DNA of 45,040 nucleotides from NCBI GenBank assembly GCA_026418035.1, contig JAOACC010000097.1:1-45040 (forward strand), written 5' to 3'. Every line of letters starts with the position of its first letter. Within the stretch, counting starts at the first letter, position 1. Below, in pieces: positions 35,717 through 43,875 of this stretch. Origin of the DNA: a bacterium (GTDB lineage: Bacteria; DUMJ01). The translations under genes were made by a program, and so were the position numbers. The notes below the pieces were generated by a model. That model worked only from the letters and a program-made list of their open reading frames with translations. It was not told the DNA's origin and made no database searches.

Positions 35717-37774
35717 ATGAAGCGATGGGTTGTTGGAATAGCTTTTATATTGATATTAGCGACTAATACGTTTTTATATGCCAATTCTCCTGTAAGGCTT
35801 AAGGGGGACCAAATAACGATATCTCAAGAGTTAGTAGTAGCAATTGGAAATATCTACGTAGAATATAAGGATATAACCCTTAAAGCTAATTATGTAGAGT
35901 TAGACCCTAAAACATGGGTATTGACTGCAAAAGGGAACGTAAGTATTACTCAAGAAAAAAATGCCATAACTGGAGAAACGTTAACATTATTTCTCAAAGA
36001 GGATAAGTATAAGCTCGACAATGTGAAGGGGGAATTAACGGATAGAAGTGTAAAGGGTTTTATATACATTAAAGGGGATAGTTTAGAAAAAGGTCAACAG
36101 GGTAGTATTAGGGGAGAGGGGGTGTCTTTTACAACCTGTAACTTAGAGACACCTCACTACTACATAAAGGCTAGAGAGTTAATAATATATCCTCAAGAAA
36201 GATTATACGCAACAGATGTAAGTTTCTACGTAGGTAATACGAGGATCTTCTCACTAGCATATTATAATCTTCTATTTGAATATCCAGATAGACAACCATT
36301 TATCCCAGAAATCGGAAGCTCTACAGACAAAGGATATTATATAAAAACATTCTATAGTCATTATCAAAGTAGAAACCTTTATGGATATGCTACTCTTGAG
36401 TTGGCAGAAAAAACTGGAATAGGGTTAGGACTTACTGAGTTCTATAATATCAAAAACGTTGGGCCAGGATCTTTCAATATATATGTACTACCAACAATAG
36501 AAGAGATAAAGGCAGATATAGGACTTACTCAAGAGGCAAAGATAGGTGATATAAGATTAAATGGAGCTATTGCTAGAGAAAATGTCCTCTATGATAGATG
36601 GGAGTATAGGATAAGTGCATCTAGTAAAGGATACTCATTATCTCATCAGGGCTTAGAGAATAAAACCAGCAATGTAAGCTCTTACAATACTAATATTGAG
36701 GCATCAGAAAAGATAGGAGAGGTAAATACATCTTTATCTCTATCAAATAGATACTATGAAAGTGGGGGTGTCCCTATAGAATCGAATGACTATAGATTAA
36801 CCGCTACAACTAAAATAGGGGATGTAAACACATCTATCTCTCTAAGAGATAGATTCTATAAGAAGGCTAATATACCAGCAGAAGTAGGAGAATATAGAAT
36901 TACCGCTAACACAAAGATTCAGAATATGAATATTAAGGGAGAGGTCTTTACTATATCTTATCCCGATATAGCTTCTCTCTCGCAGTTCGGTTATTCTCGT
37001 ATACTAACCAAGGTTCCTGAGTTATCTATAGGTTCTAGCATTCCAATATCCCCTGACATTAGTGTAAATGGCGAGTTAAATATAGGAAACTATATAGAAC
37101 TTCCAACAAACATTCAGGGATATGCTATAAAAGGAAATATTCAAGCTATCCCCAAAACTATAAAGGTCCTCGATGGAGATCTAGAATCCTCCTTAAGGAT
37201 AAATGGGTCTTACTATCTTCCAGAGAGCTATATAGCTGGATTAGGAATAAACGCAAGATGGACAAAGGACATTCTACAAAATCTTAGATTAAATCTCTCC
37301 TACGAATATAACGAAGGATGGGGTAATTCTCTCATCAATATACTATCTGAGCTCCCTGCTCTACCGTCAAATGCGATATCTGGGAGTTTAATCTCTAAGG
37401 GGGATGACTATTCTATAACCATATCTAGCAAATATGATATATTGAATTCTACTCTCAATCCAATCGTAATAAATAGCTCTTGGCAGAGAGGAGAGGAAAA
37501 CAAGGTATCTCTTAATCTATCAATAAATCCATACTATCTTGGAGATATCACCGCAGTATCCACTATAAGCTGGAGAATAGATCCAAAATGGAAAATAGAT
37601 ATGTCTTGGAAGTTATACGCTCAGAATCTTCAATTTCAAGAGATAAGAATCAATTATGATCTTCACTGTTGGGAGATGAATCTAAGATATAACTATACTA
37701 CTCAAACAACATCTATAAGTTTCTCCCTAAAGGCTCTTCCTGGTATGGGAACTATAGGTTTACCAGAGTTTTAA
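35717..37774 (+). CDS. OstA/LptD-like outer-membrane protein
   Basis: Preferred start is MKRWVVGIAFILILATNTFLYA (signal peptide) at 35717. The OstA-N-like segment is LKGDQITISQELVVAIGNIYVEYKDITLKANYVELDPKTWVLTAKGNVSI. The C-terminal part is long, beta-rich and Tyr/Asn/Ser-rich, ending with an aromatic residue (PEF). Confidence 0.6.
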   Translation: MKRWVVGIAFILILATNTFLYANSPVRLKGDQITISQELVVAIGNIYVEYKDITLKANYVELDPKTWVLTAKGNVSITQEKNAITGETLTLFLKEDKYKLDNVKGELTDRSVKGFIYIKGDSLEKGQQGSIRGEGVSFTTCNLETPHYYIKARELIIYPQERLYATDVSFYVGNTRIFSLAYYNLLFEYPDRQPFIPEIGSSTDKGYYIKTFYSHYQSRNLYGYATLELAEKTGIGLGLTEFYNIKNVGPGSFNIYVLPTIEEIKADIGLTQEAKIGDIRLNGAIARENVLYDRWEYRISASSKGYSLSHQGLENKTSNVSSYNTNIEASEKIGEVNTSLSLSNRYYESGGVPIESNDYRLTATTKIGDVNTSISLRDRFYKKANIPAEVGEYRITANTKIQNMNIKGEVFTISYPDIASLSQFGYSRILTKVPELSIGSSIPISPDISVNGELNIGNYIELPTNIQGYAIKGNIQAIPKTIKVLDGDLESSLRINGSYYLPESYIAGLGINARWTKDILQNLRLNLSYEYNEGWGNSLINILSELPALPSNAISGSLISKGDDYSITISSKYDILNSTLNPIVINSSWQRGEENKVSLNLSINPYYLGDITAVSTISWRIDPKWKIDMSWKLYAQNLQFQEIRINYDLHCWEMNLRYNYTTQTTSISFSLKALPGMGTIGLPEF
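36710..36913 (+). repeat. two tandem 102-nt (34-aa) repeat units inside the LptD-like gene
   Basis: KIGEVNTSLSLSNRYYESGGVPIESNDYRLTATT is followed by KIGDVNTSISLRDRFYKKANIPAEVGEYRITANT. A third unit starting KIQNMNIKGEV at 36914 is degenerate. Confidence 0.6.
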
Positions 37775-38928
37775 AGCTCAGAGATTTTGACCCAGCGTCT
37801 CTCTCTTATAGAGAGTTCTACCGCTTCTAAAACCTCCTGACATTTTACTCCGTCATAAAAGTTTGGTTCTATAGGAGTATCATTTGCTATAGCTTCACAT
37901 AGGTCGTAGATCTCATGAATAAATGTATGTTCGTATCCAATGATATGTCCCGGAGGCCACCAGGCGCTTATATAGGGATGAATTGATTCTGTTACCAGAA
38001 TTGTTCTAAACCCACTTGCGTATTCAGGATCCTTCCTAGAGCAAAATTGAAGTTCATTCATTCGCTCTAGGTTAAATATTATAGAACCCTCGCTTCCATT
38101 AATCTCAAAAGAGTTGTAATTTTTCCTACCAGGGGCAAATCTAGTAGCTTCGAAACTCCCTAAAGCACCATTAGTAAATCTAACAAGAAAGAGTGTGGCA
38201 TCATCTACTGTAACTTCTCCTCTTTCCTTTACCTCTCCAGCCTTAGCACTTAGCCCTGTCATTGAAACAGCTAAGGGTCTTTCCTTAATAAATGTCTCAC
38301 TCATACCGATAACCTCTTCAAATTCACCAACTAAAAATCTTGCAATATCTATAAGGTGAGCCCCCAAATCCCCAAGTGATCCAGAACCAGCTATATCCTT
38401 TTGCAATCTCCAGACAAGTGGAAAGTTAGGGTCTACTATCCAATCCTGTAGATAAACAGCCCTAAAATGATAGATCTTTCCTATCAGTCCATCCTGTATA
38501 AGCCTTTTAGCTAAAGCTATTGCTGGAGCTCTTCTATAGTTAAATCCTACCATATGCTTAATACCAGCAGACTCAACCGCCTTTAACATCTCTCTTGCCT
38601 CTTTAAGATTCATAGCCAATGGCTTTTCACAGAGTATATGCTTACCAGCTTCTGCTGCAGCGATAGCAATCTCCTTATGGACATTGGTAGGGGCAGTTAT
38701 ATCAATAAGGTCAATATCCTTTCTCTCAACTAATCTCTTCCAAGAAGTCTCTATCCCCTGCCAGCCAAATATATTTGCAGTTTCTCTAACTCTAGCTTCA
38801 TCTCTACCACAGATGGCCTTCATAACTGGTATACCTTTAGGCTTAAAGAATTTAGGCATATCAAGATAGGCATGACTATGAGCCTTTCCCATAAACTTAT
38901 AGCCTATGAGCCCTACATTGATATACAC
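37771..38928 (-). CDS. Gfo/Idh/MocA family NAD(P)-dependent oxidoreductase
   Basis: Rossmann N-terminus VGLIGYKFMGKAHSHAY and the EKPLA motif (HILCEKPLAMN). The GTG at 38928 lies 8 nt after GGAGG, whereas the track's GTG at 38937 overlaps the SD. Confidence 0.8.
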   Translation of the reverse strand: MYINVGLIGYKFMGKAHSHAYLDMPKFFKPKGIPVMKAICGRDEARVRETANIFGWQGIETSWKRLVERKDIDLIDITAPTNVHKEIAIAAAEAGKHILCEKPLAMNLKEAREMLKAVESAGIKHMVGFNYRRAPAIALAKRLIQDGLIGKIYHFRAVYLQDWIVDPNFPLVWRLQKDIAGSGSLGDLGAHLIDIARFLVGEFEEVIGMSETFIKERPLAVSMTGLSAKAGEVKERGEVTVDDATLFLVRFTNGALGSFEATRFAPGRKNYNSFEINGSEGSIIFNLERMNELQFCSRKDPEYASGFRTILVTESIHPYISAWWPPGHIIGYEHTFIHEIYDLCEAIANDTPIEPNFYDGVKCQEVLEAVELSIRERRWVKISEL

Positions 38929-39014
38929 AAAAAACACCTCCTCTAGCCCTAAACTCTAAACAAGATAAATATTATCATAGAGAAAATCTTTTTAAAATAG
39001 AAATTCAAGAGTCC

Positions 39015-39752
39015 TTATCTAGAAATAATCTCTATAGCCTTTTTATGAGCTTTAAGCTCTAAGGTATCGTCAAGTGGTGAGAGCTTAATATTACCATATT
39101 TATTAGACAGTGCCTTTTCGAGGAGAAAATCTGCAAACCACGGATTCTTAGGTAATAATGGACCATGGAGATAGGTACCAAAGACATTTCTTTGCCAAGC
39201 CCCCTCAAACTTATCTGTTCCGTTATTCCCATAACCCTTTATAATCTCTCCAAGAGGATTAGCATCTCTGCTAAGATATGTCCTACCGCTATGGTTTTCA
39301 AAACCCACCAGGGTAAAATCTTCATAACCACTGAGTTTAGATCTAGCAAAAACATTTCCTATAAATCTTTTATCGCCAGCCTCAGTATAGACATCAAGGA
39401 TACCTATACCTTCTAATCTAGGGTTATTTTTAGGTTTGTAGTAATGGCCAAAGAGCTGATAACCTCCGCAGATTCCAAGAAAGACTACCCCTTCTTCTGC
39501 CAACTTTCTAAGCTTATCCCCTTTTCTATGGACCAGGTCTGGAGCTAAAAGTCTCTGTTCTCTATCCTGTCCACCGCCCATAAAAAAGAAATCAACGTCG
39601 GACGATATATCGTCTCCTATAGAGACAGATATAACCTTTACATCAATTCCTCTCCATTGAGCCCTTTTTACCAAAACAGAGATATTTCCTCTATCTCCAT
39701 AGAGATTCATAAGATCAGGATAAAGATGACAGATAACTAACTCAAGACTCAC
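39015..39752 (-). CDS. gatD: lipid II isoglutaminyl synthase glutaminase subunit GatD (CobQ-like type 1 glutamine amidotransferase)
   Basis: 245 aa. From memory, collinear with S. aureus GatD: [35 protein letters not shown] (Cys nucleophile), [28 protein letters not shown] start in a GTGA overlap with the csrA stop. Confidence 0.8.
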   Translation of the reverse strand: MSLELVICHLYPDLMNLYGDRGNISVLVKRAQWRGIDVKVISVSIGDDISSDVDFFFMGGGQDREQRLLAPDLVHRKGDKLRKLAEEGVVFLGICGGYQLFGHYYKPKNNPRLEGIGILDVYTEAGDKRFIGNVFARSKLSGYEDFTLVGFENHSGRTYLSRDANPLGEIIKGYGNNGTDKFEGAWQRNVFGTYLHGPLLPKNPWFADFLLEKALSNKYGNIKLSPLDDTLELKAHKKAIEIISR

Positions 39753-39967
39753 TTCTTAAATAACTCTTCCACCAAATCTTTACTCTTCACAATTGAAGCT
39801 ACATTTGCATTCTTAATCTCTTCGTAGAGTTCTCTTCTATAGACCTTAACTGATTTTGGGGCGCTTATCCCAATTTTTACATGGTCTCTATCCACCTCTA
39901 AGATAGTAATCTCTATATCATCTCCAACAATTATAGACTGTCCCCTTTTTCTAGTAAGAACAAGCAT
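39749..39967 (-). CDS. csrA: carbon storage regulator / translational repressor CsrA
   Basis: 72 aa. [47 protein letters not shown]. Confidence 0.95.
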   Translation of the reverse strand: MLVLTRKRGQSIIVGDDIEITILEVDRDHVKIGISAPKSVKVYRRELYEEIKNANVASIVKSKDLVEELFKK

Positions 39968-39968
39968 C

Positions 39969-40397
39969 CTAGCCCGCCGTTACAGACTGAGCTATATTTT
40001 CAAATATGCAATGTCTCGTCGTATAAGGAGAATTTTCTAAGATTATCTGAGAAGCTTCTTTATTCTCTGCATCTATAATAATTGGGGCAACTAAGTTTGC
40101 AGTAGAAAGTTTAAAATCTTCATTTAAAGTAACAATGACATAGATTACTATATCTTTATCTCTATAAGTGTCTTCAAGTTCTACTACATACTCTGGGAAA
40201 AAGATAAATGGATCAGCTAAAAGAAATGCTAACTCAGGGGTTCTAAGAGATTGAAGCCAGCAAAAAGGAGAATCCTCTTTCTCCTTTATAAGGATAAACT
40301 CTCTTTCATCCTCAAAACCCAATATAGGAGAGATAAAGACTATCTTAAACTCATCATTTACTTCTATATCTCCAAAAAGTAATGTCTTTACTAACAT
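39969..40397 (-). CDS. fliW: flagellar assembly factor FliW
   Basis: 142 aa. [19 protein letters not shown]...[25 protein letters not shown]. Sits immediately upstream of csrA. Confidence 0.9.
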   Translation of the reverse strand: MLVKTLLFGDIEVNDEFKIVFISPILGFEDEREFILIKEKEDSPFCWLQSLRTPELAFLLADPFIFFPEYVVELEDTYRDKDIVIYVIVTLNEDFKLSTANLVAPIIIDAENKEASQIILENSPYTTRHCIFENIAQSVTAG

Positions 40398-40405
40398 AAC
40401 TCACC

Positions 40406-41287
40406 CTATCCTAGATAATCGATTAAGCTAGGCTGTATAGCTCTAGAAGCTGCTATCAAGCTAGCCTGATATACATTTTGCTGTGCATATAATTTAAGTA
40501 CAACGTCTTCTATCTCTATATCCTCCTGTTTGGAGAGTAGGTCTGTGTATCGAATAGACTTATCTGACAATACATCTTTAGTAAGCTCTACCCTTTTTAA
40601 TCTGGCTCCTAAACTAGAGGTTTCTGAACTCAATCTATTAATAATTGCATCTACCTTTTCTATTGAATTATTAATCTGTGCTGTATTACCGTCAAGAAAG
40701 GCATTCTTAAGTGAAATTAAGGTATCAAACATCTCTGTATCAACAAATAATGTCTTTCCAGTAGGGCTAGCTTCAATGGTAACTCCATTAGAAACCTCTA
40801 TCCGTCTTATATTAGCGTCTCCTTTATACAGAATATTATCATCTACCCTCTCTAAAGGAGCACTAGTAGTCTTATAACCCCCAAAGATATATCTACCACC
40901 GATATCTGTATTACCTATCTGCACAATATGATCTATAATCTGGTTTACCTCACTTGCTATTGCCTCTCTATCCTCTTGAGAAAGGGACTCACCAGCACCT
41001 CTTAATGCTAAAGATTTGATTTCACTAAGTGCAGATGATAAATTCTGTAAAGCCTTATCTGCTACATTTAACTCTGTTTCTAAGAAATTTACATTTCTAT
41101 CGTACTGGGAATTGGTATTTAGGGTTGACCTTAATCCCATAATCCTAGATGCAGATACAGGGTCATCCGATGGTTTAATAACCTTTTTACCACTTGAAAG
41201 CTGACTCTGAAGTTTTTCTAACCTAGTAAGGTTGTTAGATAAATTTCTAAGGATATTATTGGCTATTGTATTATAAGTTACCCTCAT
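40406..41287 (-). CDS. flgL: flagellar hook-associated protein 3 (hook-filament junction) FlgL
   Basis: 293 aa. The flagellin-like N-terminus is MRVTYNTIANNILRNLSNNLTRLEKLQSQLSSGKKVIKPSDDPV and the C-terminus is NVYQASLIAASRAIQPSLIDYL. Confidence 0.85.
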   Translation of the reverse strand: MRVTYNTIANNILRNLSNNLTRLEKLQSQLSSGKKVIKPSDDPVSASRIMGLRSTLNTNSQYDRNVNFLETELNVADKALQNLSSALSEIKSLALRGAGESLSQEDREAIASEVNQIIDHIVQIGNTDIGGRYIFGGYKTTSAPLERVDDNILYKGDANIRRIEVSNGVTIEASPTGKTLFVDTEMFDTLISLKNAFLDGNTAQINNSIEKVDAIINRLSSETSSLGARLKRVELTKDVLSDKSIRYTDLLSKQEDIEIEDVVLKLYAQQNVYQASLIAASRAIQPSLIDYLG

Positions 41288-41290
41288 TCT

Positions 41291-42715
41291 TTACCTCCCA
41301 ACTACTCCTGTTCGTTCTATAAGTATAGAGAGCATCTCATCTAAGGTGGTCAATATTCTACTTGCTGCAGAGAATGCCTGCTGATACTTTATCATATTAA
41401 TAACCTCTTCATCTATAGATACTCCTGAGACCTCTTCTCTTCTACTAGATATAGCATCAACTAACACCTTTTGATTCTCAGAGATCAAATTAGCCCTCTG
41501 AGAGATTATCCCCAGCATACTGACCTGATTCTTCCAATAATCTCCTACCGTGAAACTACCATCTACCAAAAATTCTCCCTTAATCCTTGCAATCTTTAGG
41601 GCATTAGACCCATCACCAGGGGCATCTAGACTACTAGCAGAAGCTATTTTATTTAGGTCCTGCAATATTAGGTCATTTATCTTTATATTATTAGCATTTA
41701 TTCCCTTTCCAGCATCCACCAATGTAAAGAAGTCAATACCAGTAGAATTATCCAATCCATAACCAGACCTATGTAACTCGTTAACCCTCTCATAGATCAC
41801 AGTGGTAAGTCTATCAATTACACTTAAGTAGCCAGTTTCATACTGGTAGCTCGTATCACTGACAGTACCTATAATATTATTCAAAATATAGATAATACCA
41901 GGTACTTTACCCTGTTCATTCCCTAGATATACATCTGCACCATCCTCCCACAGTATCTTTCCACTAGAAACAGTCATCCTATAGACTGTATTATTTATAC
42001 CTACCAATAGGTGATCTCTTATATTTATAACTGCCTCTCCCACCTCATTTATTCTTACATCAAAATTTATTAGTCCTGAGAGCTTGTCAAGTAATAAATC
42101 CCTCTTATCTAAAAGGTCATTTGGGGACTGTCCCCTTATATATGCCCTCTTTATCTCCTCATTGAGAGCACCTATCTGTGTTGCTATGTCATTTATAGTA
42201 TCAACCTGTATCTCCAAGTCTTTACTCAATTGTTCTCTCTGTAATACTAACTCGCTCCTTATATGTGCCAAAAAGGATATGAGGGACTGTGCCTGTTCTT
42301 TAAGGGAACCTCTTACCGACATACTCTCAGGATTTGTGCTCAACTCCTGCCAACTATTCCAAAAACTATCCATAATAGAAGATAGTCCATTATTAGATGG
42401 TTCTCCAAGTATATACTCTACCTCTTCCAAAGAACTCTTTAGTTCATCCCAATAGTTCTTTATTCTATTTTCATCCCTATACTGTATATCTAAAAACTCA
42501 CTTCTAACTCTCCTTATGTAACTTAACTGTGCTCCAGTACCTACGATTCCTATAGAGGGTAAAGATATAGGAGGAGTGTTAACCACCAACCCTTCCTGTC
42601 TAGAGTAACCCTCGGTATTTGCATTAGCAACATTATGGGAAGTAACATCTATCAACGCTCTATTAACAAAAAGTGCACGTCTTGCAATCTCTAAGCCAAA
42701 GAAAGTAGATATCAT
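41291..42715 (-). CDS. flgK: flagellar hook-associated protein 1 FlgK
   Basis: 474 aa. N-terminus FGLEIARRALFVNRALIDVTSHNVANANTEGYSRQ, C-terminus VSIDEEVINMIKYQQAFSAASRILTTLDEML. Confidence 0.9.
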   Translation of the reverse strand: MISTFFGLEIARRALFVNRALIDVTSHNVANANTEGYSRQEGLVVNTPPISLPSIGIVGTGAQLSYIRRVRSEFLDIQYRDENRIKNYWDELKSSLEEVEYILGEPSNNGLSSIMDSFWNSWQELSTNPESMSVRGSLKEQAQSLISFLAHIRSELVLQREQLSKDLEIQVDTINDIATQIGALNEEIKRAYIRGQSPNDLLDKRDLLLDKLSGLINFDVRINEVGEAVINIRDHLLVGINNTVYRMTVSSGKILWEDGADVYLGNEQGKVPGIIYILNNIIGTVSDTSYQYETGYLSVIDRLTTVIYERVNELHRSGYGLDNSTGIDFFTLVDAGKGINANNIKINDLILQDLNKIASASSLDAPGDGSNALKIARIKGEFLVDGSFTVGDYWKNQVSMLGIISQRANLISENQKVLVDAISSRREEVSGVSIDEEVINMIKYQQAFSAASRILTTLDEMLSILIERTGVVGR

Positions 42716-42717
42716 AA

Positions 42718-43026
42718 CTATTCTCCTAACCAGATCTTTATAATATCTTCCGGTATATCACCAGAGAGCATCCTCTCTGCCAAAACCCTTTCTGCTATAT
42801 TGTATCTACCCTCTTCTATTTCCCTTTTAATAGCATCTAATTTTTCTTGGATATCCGGCTCCCCTATATTAGACATAGCAGTGAATATCCTTGCTAAAGT
42901 TTCTCCCTCTTTAGATATCTCTACCTTATCATAGGATTTGGGTTGTAAAGATGGTTTTTCTCTCGCTTCTCTAGAGAGATATATCCTAAGTAACCTCTTC
43001 AGTTCTTCATTTTCGTATATCTTCAT
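42718..43026 (-). CDS. flgM: anti-sigma-28 factor FlgM
   Basis: 102 aa. C-terminal DIQEKLDAIKREIEEGRYNIAERVLAERML matches the FlgM signature (..V..iK.aI..G.Y.vd...iA.kml). Confidence 0.7.
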   Translation of the reverse strand: MKIYENEELKRLLRIYLSREAREKPSLQPKSYDKVEISKEGETLARIFTAMSNIGEPDIQEKLDAIKREIEEGRYNIAERVLAERMLSGDIPEDIIKIWLGE

Positions 43027-43028
43027 AA

Positions 43029-43448
43029 TTACCCCCTCTCCTCTAATAAACCAAAACTGAGATATGAGTTATTTTTGATAAACTCAGTATATTTATCTAA
43101 AAGTCCTATAGAAGCTTCTAATAATCTAGTATTTATCTTCACAAGTTCCTTTAATTCCATAACTAACTCTCCTAGATATCTAAACTTTTCCTCAGCCCTA
43201 GTCCTATCCTCTATAGGAAGGCTGGATATTACATCCTCAAAGCTCTTCAACTCTTCAGATTCAAGTTCAATACTATCTCCTAACATAAATAACCTACTAA
43301 GTATCTCGGACTGACTGTTGGTTATTTTTAACAGTGAGTTTAGGTCTCTATTAACTAGAGAGATATACATCTCTTTGGACAGTTTAACTAAAGCCTTATA
43401 AGCCTCTATATATGCATCTATTAAATCTAGGAAAGACTTCTTTTCCAT
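43029..43448 (-). CDS. flgN: FlgN-like flagellar export chaperone (YvyG-like)
   Basis: 139 aa, all-helical. Same size, position (next to flgM and flgK) and heptad pattern as FlgN/YvyG. Sequence similarity is weak by eye. Confidence 0.6.
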   Translation of the reverse strand: MEKKSFLDLIDAYIEAYKALVKLSKEMYISLVNRDLNSLLKITNSQSEILSRLFMLGDSIELESEELKSFEDVISSLPIEDRTRAEEKFRYLGELVMELKELVKINTRLLEASIGLLDKYTEFIKNNSYLSFGLLEERG

Positions 43449-43460
43449 ATCTAAAGATAA

Positions 43461-43487
43461 ATATCGGTAAAAAGATAAAAAACTTTA
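43461..43487 (-). promoter_or_regulatory. sigma-28 (FliA/SigD) type promoter upstream of flgN-flgM-flgK
   Basis: Minus strand reads TAAA (43487-43484), a 15-nt spacer, then ACCGATAT (43468-43461). The B. subtilis SigD consensus is TAAA-N15-GCCGATAT. Confidence 0.65.
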
Positions 43488-43493
43488 ATCGAT

Positions 43494-43874
43494 CTACAAC
43501 TTCTTTTTACGAAAATATTCTAACAAGAAAGTATCTTCATACTCTTTAATACTTCCTGGAGCTAAAACATTCCTTACTTCTTTTAATAATTTTATCCTAC
43601 ACTCAGGGCAAAGCCTTCCGCTATCTATAGGTCTTCCGCAGGATTCGCAGGTTGGTTTTATCGAAAGCCTCCCTGCCCTTATAAATTTACTTATCTTATT
43701 TTCGCCTACACCCGTAGCTTCCATAATCTCAGAGAGATTAGCATTGGGATGTTCCTTTAGATACTCTTTCACTTTATTAAAATCTTCTTCTTCCTTCCTT
43801 TGACACTCTGGGCAGATATCACTTGCAACCTTTAAAAAGAGTTTTCCACATTCTTTACAGTTAGCTAAAGGCAT
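43494..43874 (-). CDS. yvyF: flagellar-operon zinc-ribbon protein, YvyF family (TIGR03826-like)
   Basis: 126 aa. CKECGKLF..CPECQRKEEEDFNKVKEYL plus a second CxxC..CxxC pair. Same position as B. subtilis yvyF upstream of flgM/yvyG/flgK. Confidence 0.7.
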   Translation of the reverse strand: MPLANCKECGKLFLKVASDICPECQRKEEEDFNKVKEYLKEHPNANLSEIMEATGVGENKISKFIRAGRLSIKPTCESCGRPIDSGRLCPECRIKLLKEVRNVLAPGSIKEYEDTFLLEYFRKKKL

Positions 43875-43875
43875 A

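Noticed and set aside
634-43314. About 25 antisense or alternative-frame ORFs of 60-150 aa in the track: 634-867, 1113-1355, 3948-4196, 4304-4576, 6037-6270, 11759-11983, 13240-13428, 14090-14548, 15065-15391, 19092-19532, 19617-20009, 20704-21036, 21256-21507, 23433-23654, 24880-25233, 26412-26759, 29434-29628, 30502-30864, 32084-32290, 38684-38869, 39165-39416, 40530-40877, 41016-41204, 41550-41762, 42084-42455, 43075-43314.
   Set aside because: Each lies entirely inside a longer ORF with clear family motifs. Their products are low-complexity Ser/Leu/Ile/Phe-rich, as expected for the complement of purine-rich GAA/AAG/AGA coding strands, and they lack SD sites. They are shadow ORFs.
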